A stretch of 64,000 nt of DNA from Desulfobacterales bacterium (GTDB lineage Bacteria; Desulfobacterota; Desulfobacteria; Desulfobacterales; UBA2174): the NCBI GenBank assembly GCA_963668645.2, contig CAXXWC010000021.1, positions 864,001-928,000 of the forward strand. Reading direction: 5' to 3'. Positions 18,891-28,851 of this stretch are shown in pieces (the first letter of the stretch is position 1; each line of letters starts with the position of its first letter). A program made the translations under genes and the position numbers. The notes beneath the pieces were generated by a model. That model was given only the letters and a program-made list of their open reading frames with translations. It was not told where the DNA came from and did not search any database.

Positions 18891-21620
18891 ATGCCCCCGA
18901 AACGCAACCGCCAGACAAAACTCCCCCTCGACCTCGGACCGACCCGGGACGAGGTACTCGCCGCTGCCCTGGTACCCGGAGGCGGTCCGCTGCTGGAGTG
19001 GGAGGCGACCGGAGCGGCGCCCTCCGAGACGCGGCGCCAGTTCGAAACAGCGCTGTTTGAACGCTACCGGACCGATGCGGCCGACGGCTGGCTCTGGCTC
19101 GGTTTTGCCGACCGGGCCCTGCGCCTGTCGGCCTCGCTGGAGTTCTGGCGCCGGCTCGGGGCCCTGTTCGTCGAGGGGCTGCGCCGCGTCCCGGATCTGG
19201 AGGCCCTGCGCGAAAAAGCGGCCCCGAACCCGGACCCGGCCGCTTTGGAAGCCCTCTGCCAGCAAGCCCCGGCCGCCTCGGGTGCCGAATATCTGAACCC
19301 CGAAGCCCTGCAAGCCCACTGGTCGACCCTCAACCAGGCCTTTGCCCGCCGTATCCAAAGCTTCCGAGGATCGGTGGCCGATTTTTTCCAGGCCAGCGCG
19401 CCCCACGTCCATCTGATCGGGAGGGTCTATTTTCATCTGGTGGAAAACAAGGGCGGCCAGCTTCCCTTTGCCTTCATGGCCACCTACACCACCGGGGTGG
19501 ACCGCCAGGGCCAGCCGACCCACCTGCCGCTGCGCCATGCGCTGGAGCACTATGGGCAAAACACGGCCAAGCTGCTCGAACTGCTGGCCACGGTCCACCG
19601 GGCCGCCCGGCAAAGTCCGGTGGTGGCCCGGCTGCTGGACAGCGGGAGCCTCTTTTCCCCCCTGGCCTGGAGCCCGGCCGAGGCCTGGGAGTTTTTGAAT
19701 GCCATCGAGATCTGCGAGGCGGCCGGGATCATGTGCCGCATCCCGGACTGGTGGCAGCGCCGGGCGGCCCGGGTGAGCGTGAAACTGAGCATCGGCGATA
19801 AGCGGCCCTCGCTGCTGGGCCTGGACACTTTGCTGAATCTGACCCCGGCCCTGATGGTGGGCGATACCCCCATCGGGCTGGAAGAAGCCCGGCGCCTGCT
19901 CGCCGCGGGCCGGGGGCTGGCCCTGATCAAGAATCGCTGGGTGGCCGTGGATCCCGAGAAGCTGCGCCAGACCCTGGCCGCCTACGAAAAGGCGGTGGAA
20001 ATGGCCGAGCGCCAGGGGCTGAGCCTGCGCGAGGCCATGAACCTGATGCTGCGGCCCGAGACGGCCCTGGACGTCGCCGATCTGAACGAAGAGATCCAGG
20101 TGACCCATGGCCAGTGGCTGGCCGAGGTGACCGAAAAGCTCAAGGCCCCGGAGCGCATCGGCGAGGTGTCCACGGATCCGGCCTTCAAGGGAGAATTGCG
20201 GCCCTACCAGAGCCATGGACTGGCCTGGCTCGACCTGCTCGGGCGCATCGGCCTCGGCGCCTGCCTGGCCGACGACATGGGGCTGGGAAAAACCGTCCAG
20301 GTGCTGGCCCTGATCAGCCGGCTCAAGGCCATGGGCAAAAAGAAACGCGCTCCGGCCCGGCCGCACCTGCTGGTGGTGCCGGCCTCGCTGATGGCCAACT
20401 GGCTGGCCGAGACGGCGCGCTTTTGCACCCATGTCAACGTCTTCGTGGCCCATCCGGAAGGCCATGGGGGCCAGCCGGTGCCGGAACTGTCTCGCAAGGA
20501 GCTGGCGGCCTACGATCTGGTGCTGACCACCTACACCCTGGCCGGACGCTACCCATGGTTGCGCCAGGCGGCCTTTGACACCGTGATTCTGGACGAAGCC
20601 CAGGCCATCAAGAATCCGGCCACCCGCCAGACCCGGGCCGTCAAACAGCTCCAGGCCCGCACCCGCATCGCCCTGACCGGAACGCCCATCGAGAATCGGC
20701 TCTCGGATCTCTGGTCCCTTTTTGATTTTCTCAATCCGGGGCTCCTGGGCAGCGCGGCCGAATTCAAGCGTTTCACCAAGGACCTGGACAAACACCCGGA
20801 AGGCTACGCCCGGCTGCGCCGGGTGGTGGGGCCTTACATCCTGCGGCGCATGAAAACCGATCGGCGCATCATCGACGACCTGCCCGACAAGGTGGAGATG
20901 GTCACCTTTGCCGAGTTGGGCAAGCGGCAGATCGTGCTTTACCGCGAGCTGGTGCAAGACCTGAAGCTGCGCCTGGAAAACGCCGAGGATCCCATGGGAC
21001 GGCGGGGCCTGGTGCTGGCGGCCCTGATGAAGTTCAAACAGATCTGCAACCACCCGGACCAGTACTTGGGCAGCGGCGCATTTTCAGAAGCCGACAGCGG
21101 CAAGTTCGCCCGCCTGCGCGAGATCTGCGAGACCATTGGCGAAAAGCGCGAGCGGGTCCTGGTCTTTACCCAGTTCAAGGAGATGACCGCACCGCTGGCC
21201 GCTTTTCTGGAAACGATTTTTGGCCGGCCCGGCAGGGTGCTCCACGGAGCGGTGCCGGTGGGCAAGCGCCGCCAGATCGTGGCCGAATTCCAGGAATCGG
21301 CCTATGTGCCCTTCATGGTGCTGTCGCTCAAGGTCGGCGGAACGGGGCTGAACCTGACGGCCGCCAACCACGTGATCCATTTCGACCGCTGGTGGAACCC
21401 AGCGGTGGAAAACCAGGCCACCGACCGGGCCTACCGCATCGGCCAGCACCGCAACGTGGTGGTGCACAAGTTCGTCACCCGGCGCACCGTGGAAGAAAAA
21501 ATAGACGCCATGCTCAAGGCCAAGACCGAACTGGTCGACCGGGTCATCGCTCCCACCGGCGAGGCCTGGATCACCGAGATGAACAACGCGCAACTTGTCG
21601 ATCTTTTCCAACTTTCCTGA
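18891..21620 (+). CDS. SNF2-family helicase/ATPase
   Basis: LRPYQ, LADDMGLGKT, DEAQ, TGTPIEN, QATDRAYRIGQ; start uncertain (18789 possible). Confidence 0.93.
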   Translation: MPPKRNRQTKLPLDLGPTRDEVLAAALVPGGGPLLEWEATGAAPSETRRQFETALFERYRTDAADGWLWLGFADRALRLSASLEFWRRLGALFVEGLRRVPDLEALREKAAPNPDPAALEALCQQAPAASGAEYLNPEALQAHWSTLNQAFARRIQSFRGSVADFFQASAPHVHLIGRVYFHLVENKGGQLPFAFMATYTTGVDRQGQPTHLPLRHALEHYGQNTAKLLELLATVHRAARQSPVVARLLDSGSLFSPLAWSPAEAWEFLNAIEICEAAGIMCRIPDWWQRRAARVSVKLSIGDKRPSLLGLDTLLNLTPALMVGDTPIGLEEARRLLAAGRGLALIKNRWVAVDPEKLRQTLAAYEKAVEMAERQGLSLREAMNLMLRPETALDVADLNEEIQVTHGQWLAEVTEKLKAPERIGEVSTDPAFKGELRPYQSHGLAWLDLLGRIGLGACLADDMGLGKTVQVLALISRLKAMGKKKRAPARPHLLVVPASLMANWLAETARFCTHVNVFVAHPEGHGGQPVPELSRKELAAYDLVLTTYTLAGRYPWLRQAAFDTVILDEAQAIKNPATRQTRAVKQLQARTRIALTGTPIENRLSDLWSLFDFLNPGLLGSAAEFKRFTKDLDKHPEGYARLRRVVGPYILRRMKTDRRIIDDLPDKVEMVTFAELGKRQIVLYRELVQDLKLRLENAEDPMGRRGLVLAALMKFKQICNHPDQYLGSGAFSEADSGKFARLREICETIGEKRERVLVFTQFKEMTAPLAAFLETIFGRPGRVLHGAVPVGKRRQIVAEFQESAYVPFMVLSLKVGGTGLNLTAANHVIHFDRWWNPAVENQATDRAYRIGQHRNVVVHKFVTRRTVEEKIDAMLKAKTELVDRVIAPTGEAWITEMNNAQLVDLFQLS

Positions 21621-21633
21621 AGCGAGGTAAACC

Positions 21634-22716
21634 ATGCGCGACTGGGACCGCTTTCCCCCTTATGTATCGGTGGCCGAAAAGGCGGCCAGGGCTGAACGCC
21701 AACGGCGCCAACTGGAGAAAAAAGGGCAGAAGCTCGACCCGGTCTGCGTGCAAGGCAGGACCATCGCCAGCAGTTGGTGGGGCAAGGCCTGGTGCCGCAA
21801 CCTGGAAAGCTACGCCGACTACAGCAACCGCATCGGCCGTGGCCGCAGCTACCTGCGCTGCGGCGCGGTACTGGATTTAAAGATCGAAAAAACAAAGGTG
21901 ACGGCCCTGGTCCAGGGCAGCCAGAGCAGACCCTACAAGGTCGCCATTCAAATCGCGGCGATGGCCAAAACGGTATGGAAACAGATCCGCTCGGATTGCG
22001 CCGGAAAGATCGATTCGCTCCAGGCCTTGCTGGCCGGAGAGTTTCCCGAAGACCTCGGGGAGCTGTTCACCGTTCAAAAAAAGGGCCTCTTTCCGGCGCC
22101 GTCCCAGATCAAATTCGATTGCAGCTGCCCGGACTGGGCCTCGATGTGCAAGCACGTGGCCGCCGTGCTCTACGGGGTGGGGGCCCGTCTGGATCGCTCA
22201 CCGGAGCTGTTCTTCGTTTTGCGCGGCGTCAGCGTGGAAGAGCTGGTGGGCGGCGCGGTGAAAGCCACGGCCCGCAAATACATCGACCAGGGCGCGGTGC
22301 AAGGGGCCCAGGTCATCGCCGAAGACCGGTTGTCCGAGCTTTTCGGCATCAACTTCGGTGCCGGGGAACCGGAGCCGGAAAAAACCGCTACGCCGCCGCC
22401 CGAGCCGCCGGCCAGGACCCGCAGAAACAAAAAGCCTGAAAAGGCAGCCCCTGCCAAACGCCGCTCCCCTGGATCACGCCAGACCAAATCAAAGGCCGGC
22501 GCCAAGAAGACCAAACCGGCCAAGAAAGCGCCGCACGCGGTGGATCCGGTCGAACAAATCCTGAAGATGGTCCGGGCCTCGCGCAAAGGGATCGATGTGC
22601 CGGCGATCCAGAAGCGTACCGGCATCGATCCGGTCAAGATCCGCAACACCATCTTCGGCGCCTTGCGCAAAGGATTGATCCAGCGCGTGTCGCGGGGCTT
22701 TTACAAGGGCGTTTGA
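21634..22716 (+). CDS. SWIM zinc finger protein
   Basis: CSCPDWASMCKH SWIM motif, RGRSY; Lys/Pro-rich linker and small C-terminal HTH-like segment. Confidence 0.9.
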   Translation: MRDWDRFPPYVSVAEKAARAERQRRQLEKKGQKLDPVCVQGRTIASSWWGKAWCRNLESYADYSNRIGRGRSYLRCGAVLDLKIEKTKVTALVQGSQSRPYKVAIQIAAMAKTVWKQIRSDCAGKIDSLQALLAGEFPEDLGELFTVQKKGLFPAPSQIKFDCSCPDWASMCKHVAAVLYGVGARLDRSPELFFVLRGVSVEELVGGAVKATARKYIDQGAVQGAQVIAEDRLSELFGINFGAGEPEPEKTATPPPEPPARTRRNKKPEKAAPAKRRSPGSRQTKSKAGAKKTKPAKKAPHAVDPVEQILKMVRASRKGIDVPAIQKRTGIDPVKIRNTIFGALRKGLIQRVSRGFYKGV

Positions 22717-22753
22717 ACGAATCGGAGAAAAATGACCGGAGAAAGGAGATGCC

Positions 22754-23212
22754 GTGAAACTGCGTTATGCGATCATCTTTTCTATTCTCGCCTGTGTCCT
22801 TGTTTTTCCAACCTTCAGCCAGGAGACGGCGCCTTTGTTGAACGGGCGGATCGATTGTGGCAGCGCTTTGAACGATGTCGTATCGGCCAGGGCCACTTAT
22901 TGGTTTGACAAGGGGGTAAGCATCTCTTTGTTTTCGACGGAAAAACCTTTAGGAAGAGCCTTTGCCAGAATCATGCTCGAAATGGACAAAGACCGCACCG
23001 AAGTCACGGAAATACGGCTCACTTACGTATGCGACGACAAAATGGAGCGACTGACCGCAAAAAAGGATGACGGCAAACTCGACAAGATACTTTCATCCTG
23101 GAAGCTGGAAAACGACACCATAAGCCTGCAAACAGCAGGAAATGCCCCCTCTGAAAAAAGCGGCGTCCAGGCCGAATGGGACATACGGATCAAAGGCCTG
23201 CCGGTAAAGTAA
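22754..23212 (+). CDS. Hypothetical secreted protein
   Basis: AGGAG RBS, GTG start, N-terminal signal-like segment, 152 aa. Confidence 0.65.
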   Translation: MKLRYAIIFSILACVLVFPTFSQETAPLLNGRIDCGSALNDVVSARATYWFDKGVSISLFSTEKPLGRAFARIMLEMDKDRTEVTEIRLTYVCDDKMERLTAKKDDGKLDKILSSWKLENDTISLQTAGNAPSEKSGVQAEWDIRIKGLPVK

Positions 23213-23563
23213 GTGCAAAACGGTGGGCTTGGACTGCGGCAGGGTGGCTCAAGCCGGCCTGAAATCCATGGTCACCCGTTCGACACCGTCTTCGTGTTCG
23301 GCTTTCAGGTGCCAGCCTATCTTCCGCAAGACGCGGCGCATTTTTTCGTTTTCGGGCAATATGTCCGCCGTGAAGCCCTTCAACTGCCTTTCTTTGGCCA
23401 GGCGGGCCAGGGTTTCGCAAAGAAAAGCGCCGATGCCCAGATCCTGGAACCCTTCATCGACCATGATCGACAACTCGGCATAGGCCGTCACCGGATCGAT
23501 CTGGTCAAAACGCACCTCGGCGATAATCCAGCCACAGTCACGATCATCAGGCAGCCAGATCAG
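23111..23563. repeat. ~450-bp direct repeat, copy A (partner 30835-31283)
   Basis: Near-identical to 30835-31283; holds the 3' end of the 22754 gene and the 3' end of the CoA-hydrolase/GNAT gene. Confidence 0.92.
23249..23563 (-). pseudogene. Duplicated 3' fragment (GNAT end) of the acetyl-CoA hydrolase/GNAT gene
   Basis: RFDQIDP...AELSIMVDEGFQDLGIG...TMDFRPA nearly identical to the end of 30969..32831. Confidence 0.85.
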
Positions 23564-25424
23564 GACTGACGCAGTTGCAATTCAACAGCATTGCCAGGTA
23601 CGCTTTGAGCTTTGGCGATTGGAGAATTCCAGGATTATTAGCCAGTTCATTGAGCACCGAACAGAACCGTTCCGCATCAACATATTTGGGAAAGGCCTCC
23701 TCTGAATCGGGATCTTCGCACCAGACCAAAAAGGCATCGAGTATCCAGGAGGCTGCCCGGAGGCGCCTGATGTTTTCAAGTGATGGTTTCAGGCAGTCCA
23801 ACGCTTTCTGGCGAAACTCGCGACGGAGGGTATCGATCCTGTTCCTTTTGGTATTGGTCTCTTCGCCGAGTTCACGCAGACGAGTGTCGATTTCACCGAT
23901 CTCAGATAGCAGGCTCTCGTATTGCGCCCGCTCCGATTCGGACAATGCTGCAGGGCCGCCGAAAAGCACCGCCACTTTCCTGTTGATGTCGTCTTCGGAA
24001 AGCGTCTCTTCGCCTCCAAAGGCCATGTTCACAAAATTTCGTGCGATCTTGGCATACAACCTTCTCAGGCAGTCGGCATATTGTTTCCAGATCATGACGA
24101 AGACCGTGTCCTTGTACACGGTCACCCTGGGCATTGTGTCCGGGTCATCGGGGTCGTTGTTGGGGTAGCAGTCCCGGGAGTTGATGGCTTCTTCAACAGC
24201 TTCGTCAAAGGTTTTTCCATTCATCATCGCGTAGGCGACGATTCTATGAAATTTTGCCTGCAGCTTGGCGCCAACCATCACCACGCCGCCGCCGCTCGGA
24301 TCTTCAAAGGGGTTGCCGCCGGCGGGAATCCATGGCGGCATGCAAGGTTCCGGTTCCACGTCATGCCACTCCCCGTTGACCCCGAGCGTATTGCTCCAAA
24401 CATCCTCCCGGAGCATCAGGGCCTGAAAAACATTATAGGCGTTGTCTTCCAGGGTCTTTCTTTCGTCGTAGAGCCGCTGGTATTCCGCCACCAACTCATC
24501 GATGGCCGCTTGAAGTTCAGCGATCTGGCTGTTGTAGGATTCGTAGAGTTTCTGGATGCATGGATCGTTGAACTGTGCATCGGGGTTCCACTCGTAGCGA
24601 AAGCCCCAGGTGGTCTCTCCATCGCCGGAAAAAGTTGTAATGTCGCCTTCCCTGGAATCGCGCGCCTCCTGGAGTTGACTGTCGATTGCCTCCTTGAGGC
24701 CGGCCGCCGTGTCATAGTCTTCGGCCTCGCAGCCAGGCGTCAAACCCTCGCACTGATCCCCGGTCTGCTCGTCGCCGCCAATATCGGAATCGGGGTTGGC
24801 GGTGTTTTCATCGACCGGCGTTACTGGAAAAGTCCATGGTTCAACCGGCTGACTCTCAGGCGTATCGATGGGATTGCCCGCTGCCGGCGGGTCGCCGGGA
24901 GTACTGCCGCCGCCACCGCCGCCCCAGGGCGGAGGATCGATTTCTTCGGGGATCCTTATGACGGGTGGAATCCACGGTTCCCAGGGAATAGGCGGTTCAA
25001 AGTCCCAGAATCCGGAGTCGAAGGGTGCGCACGACGCACACAGGCAGCTTAAATCGACCCTTGTAATGAAATATTCCATCGAACCTGTTTCGGCCAACAG
25101 CCTGTCAACGTTAATGGCCTGATATTTTTTTGTCCTGTTGCCCCTGAGGCACATGTCCCATACCTCTCCAGGGGAATCATCGAGGCTGTCGAATGCCGCC
25201 TGAAGCAATTCGGTGTGGGAATCATGAAGGCCGGGCAGACCCATTGCAGAAAACTGGTGGCCCAGAATTTCGGCAACGGTTTTCTTGTCCAGATTTATGA
25301 TAAGCACATAGTGGACCTCATAAAATGAGGTGAACCCGTAGATGATCTTGTCAATGAAAATCCCTGGCGATGAATACACGATCCCCTGCTGAAAGGTCAC
25401 TGGTGATCTGTGCCGACAGATCAT
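23547..25424 (-). CDS. Hypothetical protein; probable C-terminal half of a frameshifted giant surface protein
   Basis: 625-aa frame with Pro/Gly linker, coiled-coil-like and Cys-containing segments; joins the upstream ORF if one base of the A4 run at 25357-25360 is removed. Confidence 0.7.
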   Translation of the reverse strand: MICRHRSPVTFQQGIVYSSPGIFIDKIIYGFTSFYEVHYVLIINLDKKTVAEILGHQFSAMGLPGLHDSHTELLQAAFDSLDDSPGEVWDMCLRGNRTKKYQAINVDRLLAETGSMEYFITRVDLSCLCASCAPFDSGFWDFEPPIPWEPWIPPVIRIPEEIDPPPWGGGGGGSTPGDPPAAGNPIDTPESQPVEPWTFPVTPVDENTANPDSDIGGDEQTGDQCEGLTPGCEAEDYDTAAGLKEAIDSQLQEARDSREGDITTFSGDGETTWGFRYEWNPDAQFNDPCIQKLYESYNSQIAELQAAIDELVAEYQRLYDERKTLEDNAYNVFQALMLREDVWSNTLGVNGEWHDVEPEPCMPPWIPAGGNPFEDPSGGGVVMVGAKLQAKFHRIVAYAMMNGKTFDEAVEEAINSRDCYPNNDPDDPDTMPRVTVYKDTVFVMIWKQYADCLRRLYAKIARNFVNMAFGGEETLSEDDINRKVAVLFGGPAALSESERAQYESLLSEIGEIDTRLRELGEETNTKRNRIDTLRREFRQKALDCLKPSLENIRRLRAASWILDAFLVWCEDPDSEEAFPKYVDAERFCSVLNELANNPGILQSPKLKAYLAMLLNCNCVSPDLAA

Positions 25425-28400
25425 CGGGGGTCTGGGTATATTGCAGCAAATCGGTAAGAATCATATTCAACAGATCCGGATGGTCTGTATTACCATATAC
25501 GGCACTGAGGTTGATAATATTCGGCCAGAAATGAAACGGCGTGAACTTTTCCGTCGATAAAGGAGGGGGGGAAGCAGCCGGTGCCAGATTGTTGAAATAA
25601 TCCGCATCGCCCGCGGCATTTGAAATCATGTCATATACCTGTTCAAGAGAAAGATTTCTTGAACCGTCGATTTCATAACCGGCGTCATAGTACTCTCTGG
25701 GGATGCTGCCTTCGAACGGGTGCGACACCCGGTAAATGTCGCTAAACGGGACGAGCGAAACATCCTGTGTGGTTATGCTCCAGTAGTACGTTTTCGGATC
25801 GGAAACCGGAGAAGCGATGCTGAAAACATTTTCCGAAACGGAAAGCCAGTAGGTCATATCCTCTCTTAACGGCTGGGCCGGCGTAAACTTGAGCCAGTCG
25901 TTTTCAACAACGACTTCACCTGCCACGGGCTTTCCCGATTCACTTTCAAGAATGGTAAAAAACGGTTCGGCATCCTCTGTTGGGAAGCTCTGTGGGGAAT
26001 CGCTGATATTCTTGTCGAATTCAACCTGAATGATGGTGTCTTGAGAGACGCCCGCCGCCGTATTTTCCTGATCAACGCTGGGGATAAGGGTCGTAATGGA
26101 ATCGGAAAAGGCGATGAGGGAGAAACTGAACTCCACCGAACAATCGCCTGTGACCGCACCGGTCGTGTAGGTGCTGTCGTCCCAGGTGCCGATCGGACAG
26201 GTGCCGCCGACCAGAGCGTCGGCTTCATAGCCGGTGTCGGGCGTCACGGTGAAACTGGCCGCGAAACCGTGCTCGACCACCCGGTTTGCAGGATCTACAC
26301 CGCCCCCGGGTCCGGCACTCGCCGCAACCGAGTACTGGTTGACGGTCCACTGCGCCGTCAGTGTCATATCCGCTGCCGGCATGGTCGATGGCAAGGCAGA
26401 ATCCCAACCGGAGAAGCTGTAGCCCTCGCGTGTCGGATCGGCAGGCGCCGCCACCTGCGTGCCGTAGTCCTGGGTGATGCTCGCCACTTCGGAACCGCCG
26501 GCACTGTCGAAGCTGATGGTGTACTGGTTAATCGTATACTGGGCGGTAACAGTCAGCTCTGTGGTCACCTGCTCAAAATTCGTATCCCACCCGGCAAAGG
26601 TGTGGCCGACCCGCGCAGGTGCATCAGGCGCCGTTGCACTGCCGCCGTACGCCACCATCTGGGTGTTGATCAACGCTCCATCGTAATCCCTGAACGTCAC
26701 CGTGTACTGATTGATCGCAAACAGAGCCGCAACGCTGATGTCCCCCGTTACGTTGGTGTCAACACGGGGGTTGTCAGTCAGACCGTCGCTCCACCCTGCA
26801 AAATGATGGCCAGTGTCAGGCACCGCCTCTACAGAACTCCCGTTGGAACCGTACCCAACGGTTTGAGGACTGGCGCCGGTGATGGTACCGTTTCCCTCCA
26901 CTGTGTACGCCAGGGTGTACGTGTTGAGACTGAAGGTCGCGGTCACCGTGCAGTTTTCAGTAACCGCACCGGTCGTGTAGGTATTGCCCTCCAAGCTGCC
27001 GCCGCAACCGGTCACACCGGCAATGCTGTAGCCCGTGTCAGGAGTCACGGTGAAGACAGCCGGAGTTCCGTGGTCAACCGTCCGGCTTGCAGGATCGATA
27101 GCGCCCCCGGGACCTGCCTCGGCCGCCACTATGTAAGCCAAGAGGGAAAAACTGAACTCCACCGAACAGTTGGCGGTTGCCGCACCGGTCGTGTAGGTGC
27201 TGCCGTCCCAGGCGCCGATCGGACAGGTGCCGCCGACCAGAGCGTCGGCTTTATAGCCGGTGTCGGGCGTCACGGTGAAACTGGCCTCGGATCCGGGCTC
27301 GACTAGCTGGATTGCAGGATCAACCTCCCCGCCGGTGCCTGCCGGAATCGTTCCGAAGATCGACAGGGCCAATGGGGGTGCGGTCCTTTGTCCGGAAACC
27401 CGCTGAAGCACGTACAGCGATTCGTCCAACCCCGCTGTGGCGTCTCCGCTCAAGTCTTCCAGTAAAGGGATGCCCGCAGGCAGCCCGCTGAGCATCCGCA
27501 GTAATGAAACAGCGTCTTCAAGGTCCGGGACCGGAAGGAAGGAATAGGCATACTGATTGTTGACACCGTCGTACACGACCAGTGTTGAGGTTTTTTCAGG
27601 GTTGAGCATGAAAAAAGTGCCCAGGTGAAAACTGCCGTCCGCCTCAGCGAAACCGGCAGCGACCCGATCATGATTTTCGTCATAAAGGGCAACCGTCAGG
27701 TAGTTTTCCAGGTCAGAGCGATTATCTGTGACCGCGCCTGCCCCACCGGTGATCTCCCGCAGGCCGAAGCGTATATGCTCCGGATGCAGCACCGGGGCCT
27801 GCTCATCCACGGGCGGAATAAAGAGAGAAAGCGCTCCGCCCATGCAGACCTGGATCGGCTGCCCCAGTGAATCGGTAAAGGATCCGTCATCCCCGCATTG
27901 AACGTATGTGGGCGCCCACTGCGCCGCAGGCGGGTCGACCGCCTCAAAGTGAATCCTCACCAATTCGCCGTCCAGAAGACGTCCCGGAGAAGGAGCGACA
28001 AACTCAAAGGCGATATAATCCGAAAAAATTTCATGCTGAAGTGCACCCGAAAATTCCGGGTGGATATAGTCAACCTGGGTCGGCACCAGATCGGCAGAGT
28101 CATATTCGATTGTCCACGAGCCGGATGCGACATCAATGATGGGTTCCTCGGCTTTCATGGTCACAATCTTGCTGCCACCGGGTAGAATCGTATCATCTTC
28201 ATCTATGCTGGACGGTTCATCCGCAATACCGGCACCATCGGGCCCATCCAGCCGAACGGCGGCATCCATCCCGGTTTGCTGGCACTGGACGTACACCCTG
28301 GAGCTTTGGGTGTCCGAGTCCCCGACGCGGACGAAAACATAGGTGCCGCTCTCGCCGCTATTGCCTGAAGGGCCATAAAGCTCGCATCCGGAGTCCTTGA

Positions 28401-28749
28401 TCTGGCAGTGCAGGGCAAATTCCACGACGATTTTGTCATCCTCTATCCAGAAACGGCCTGACTTTCGATCCAGTTCGTCATCGCCGTCCCTGAACAGGGT
28501 GTCATAGTCCCAAAGCGAGATGGTGGTATCGATGGCATCAGGGAGCTTTTTACCCTCGGGCAGCCGTATGGTGGCAATTGCAGTGGCGGTTCCACCGCAG
28601 GGGATGGGGTTGGGCGACACCGTCAGATCGATAGAGACGATATCGAAAGCGTTTCGAGCTTGCGCCGGTGTCCCTAAGAAAGTCAAAAGGCAGAAAAAGA
28701 CCACAGTCAAAGTGAATACCCGTTTTGGCATCCGGGCCTTTGTTGCCAC
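25351..28749 (-). CDS. Large secreted/surface protein: cohesin-like, dockerin-like, InlB-B/Flg_new-type repeats, Ig-like domain
   Basis: Signal peptide; SGSWTIEYD...GELVRIHF; LEDAVSLLRMLSG...DLSGDATAGLDESLYVLQ; repeated FTVTPDTGY, PTREGYSFSGW, YTVTF; IQVEFDKNI...FTPAQPL. Confidence 0.8.
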   Translation of the reverse strand: MATKARMPKRVFTLTVVFFCLLTFLGTPAQARNAFDIVSIDLTVSPNPIPCGGTATAIATIRLPEGKKLPDAIDTTISLWDYDTLFRDGDDELDRKSGRFWIEDDKIVVEFALHCQIKDSGCELYGPSGNSGESGTYVFVRVGDSDTQSSRVYVQCQQTGMDAAVRLDGPDGAGIADEPSSIDEDDTILPGGSKIVTMKAEEPIIDVASGSWTIEYDSADLVPTQVDYIHPEFSGALQHEIFSDYIAFEFVAPSPGRLLDGELVRIHFEAVDPPAAQWAPTYVQCGDDGSFTDSLGQPIQVCMGGALSLFIPPVDEQAPVLHPEHIRFGLREITGGAGAVTDNRSDLENYLTVALYDENHDRVAAGFAEADGSFHLGTFFMLNPEKTSTLVVYDGVNNQYAYSFLPVPDLEDAVSLLRMLSGLPAGIPLLEDLSGDATAGLDESLYVLQRVSGQRTAPPLALSIFGTIPAGTGGEVDPAIQLVEPGSEASFTVTPDTGYKADALVGGTCPIGAWDGSTYTTGAATANCSVEFSFSLLAYIVAAEAGPGGAIDPASRTVDHGTPAVFTVTPDTGYSIAGVTGCGGSLEGNTYTTGAVTENCTVTATFSLNTYTLAYTVEGNGTITGASPQTVGYGSNGSSVEAVPDTGHHFAGWSDGLTDNPRVDTNVTGDISVAALFAINQYTVTFRDYDGALINTQMVAYGGSATAPDAPARVGHTFAGWDTNFEQVTTELTVTAQYTINQYTISFDSAGGSEVASITQDYGTQVAAPADPTREGYSFSGWDSALPSTMPAADMTLTAQWTVNQYSVAASAGPGGGVDPANRVVEHGFAASFTVTPDTGYEADALVGGTCPIGTWDDSTYTTGAVTGDCSVEFSFSLIAFSDSITTLIPSVDQENTAAGVSQDTIIQVEFDKNISDSPQSFPTEDAEPFFTILESESGKPVAGEVVVENDWLKFTPAQPLREDMTYWLSVSENVFSIASPVSDPKTYYWSITTQDVSLVPFSDIYRVSHPFEGSIPREYYDAGYEIDGSRNLSLEQVYDMISNAAGDADYFNNLAPAASPPPLSTEKFTPFHFWPNIINLSAVYGNTDHPDLLNMILTDLLQYTQTPDDLSAQITSDLSAGDRVFIARDFH

Positions 28750-28814
28750 GAAATACCTCCCTTGTGATTGGGGGGCGATATATAACGAGAAGGGAATAAC
28801 GATTTAGTGTTAAT

Positions 28815-28843
28815 AATTTAAAAAAACATGGTTTATGTGTCAA
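28815..28843 (-). promoter_or_regulatory. Sigma70-type promoter of the surface protein gene
   Basis: Minus strand TTGACA (28843-28838), 17-nt spacer, TAAATT (28820-28815). Confidence 0.55.
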
Positions 28844-28851
28844 GCTTAAAA

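Noticed and set aside
18879..21053. 724-aa minus-strand ORF, and similar long shadow ORFs (4598-5794, 15605-16891, 17332-18918, 56425-58164)
   Set aside because: Antisense to well-supported genes in GC-rich DNA, with no recognisable motifs (apart from the short MarR remnant at the start of 56425).
25351..25353. TGA as selenocysteine read-through in the surface protein
   Set aside because: The same frame hits another TGA 11 codons later; a one-base frameshift explains the continuation better.
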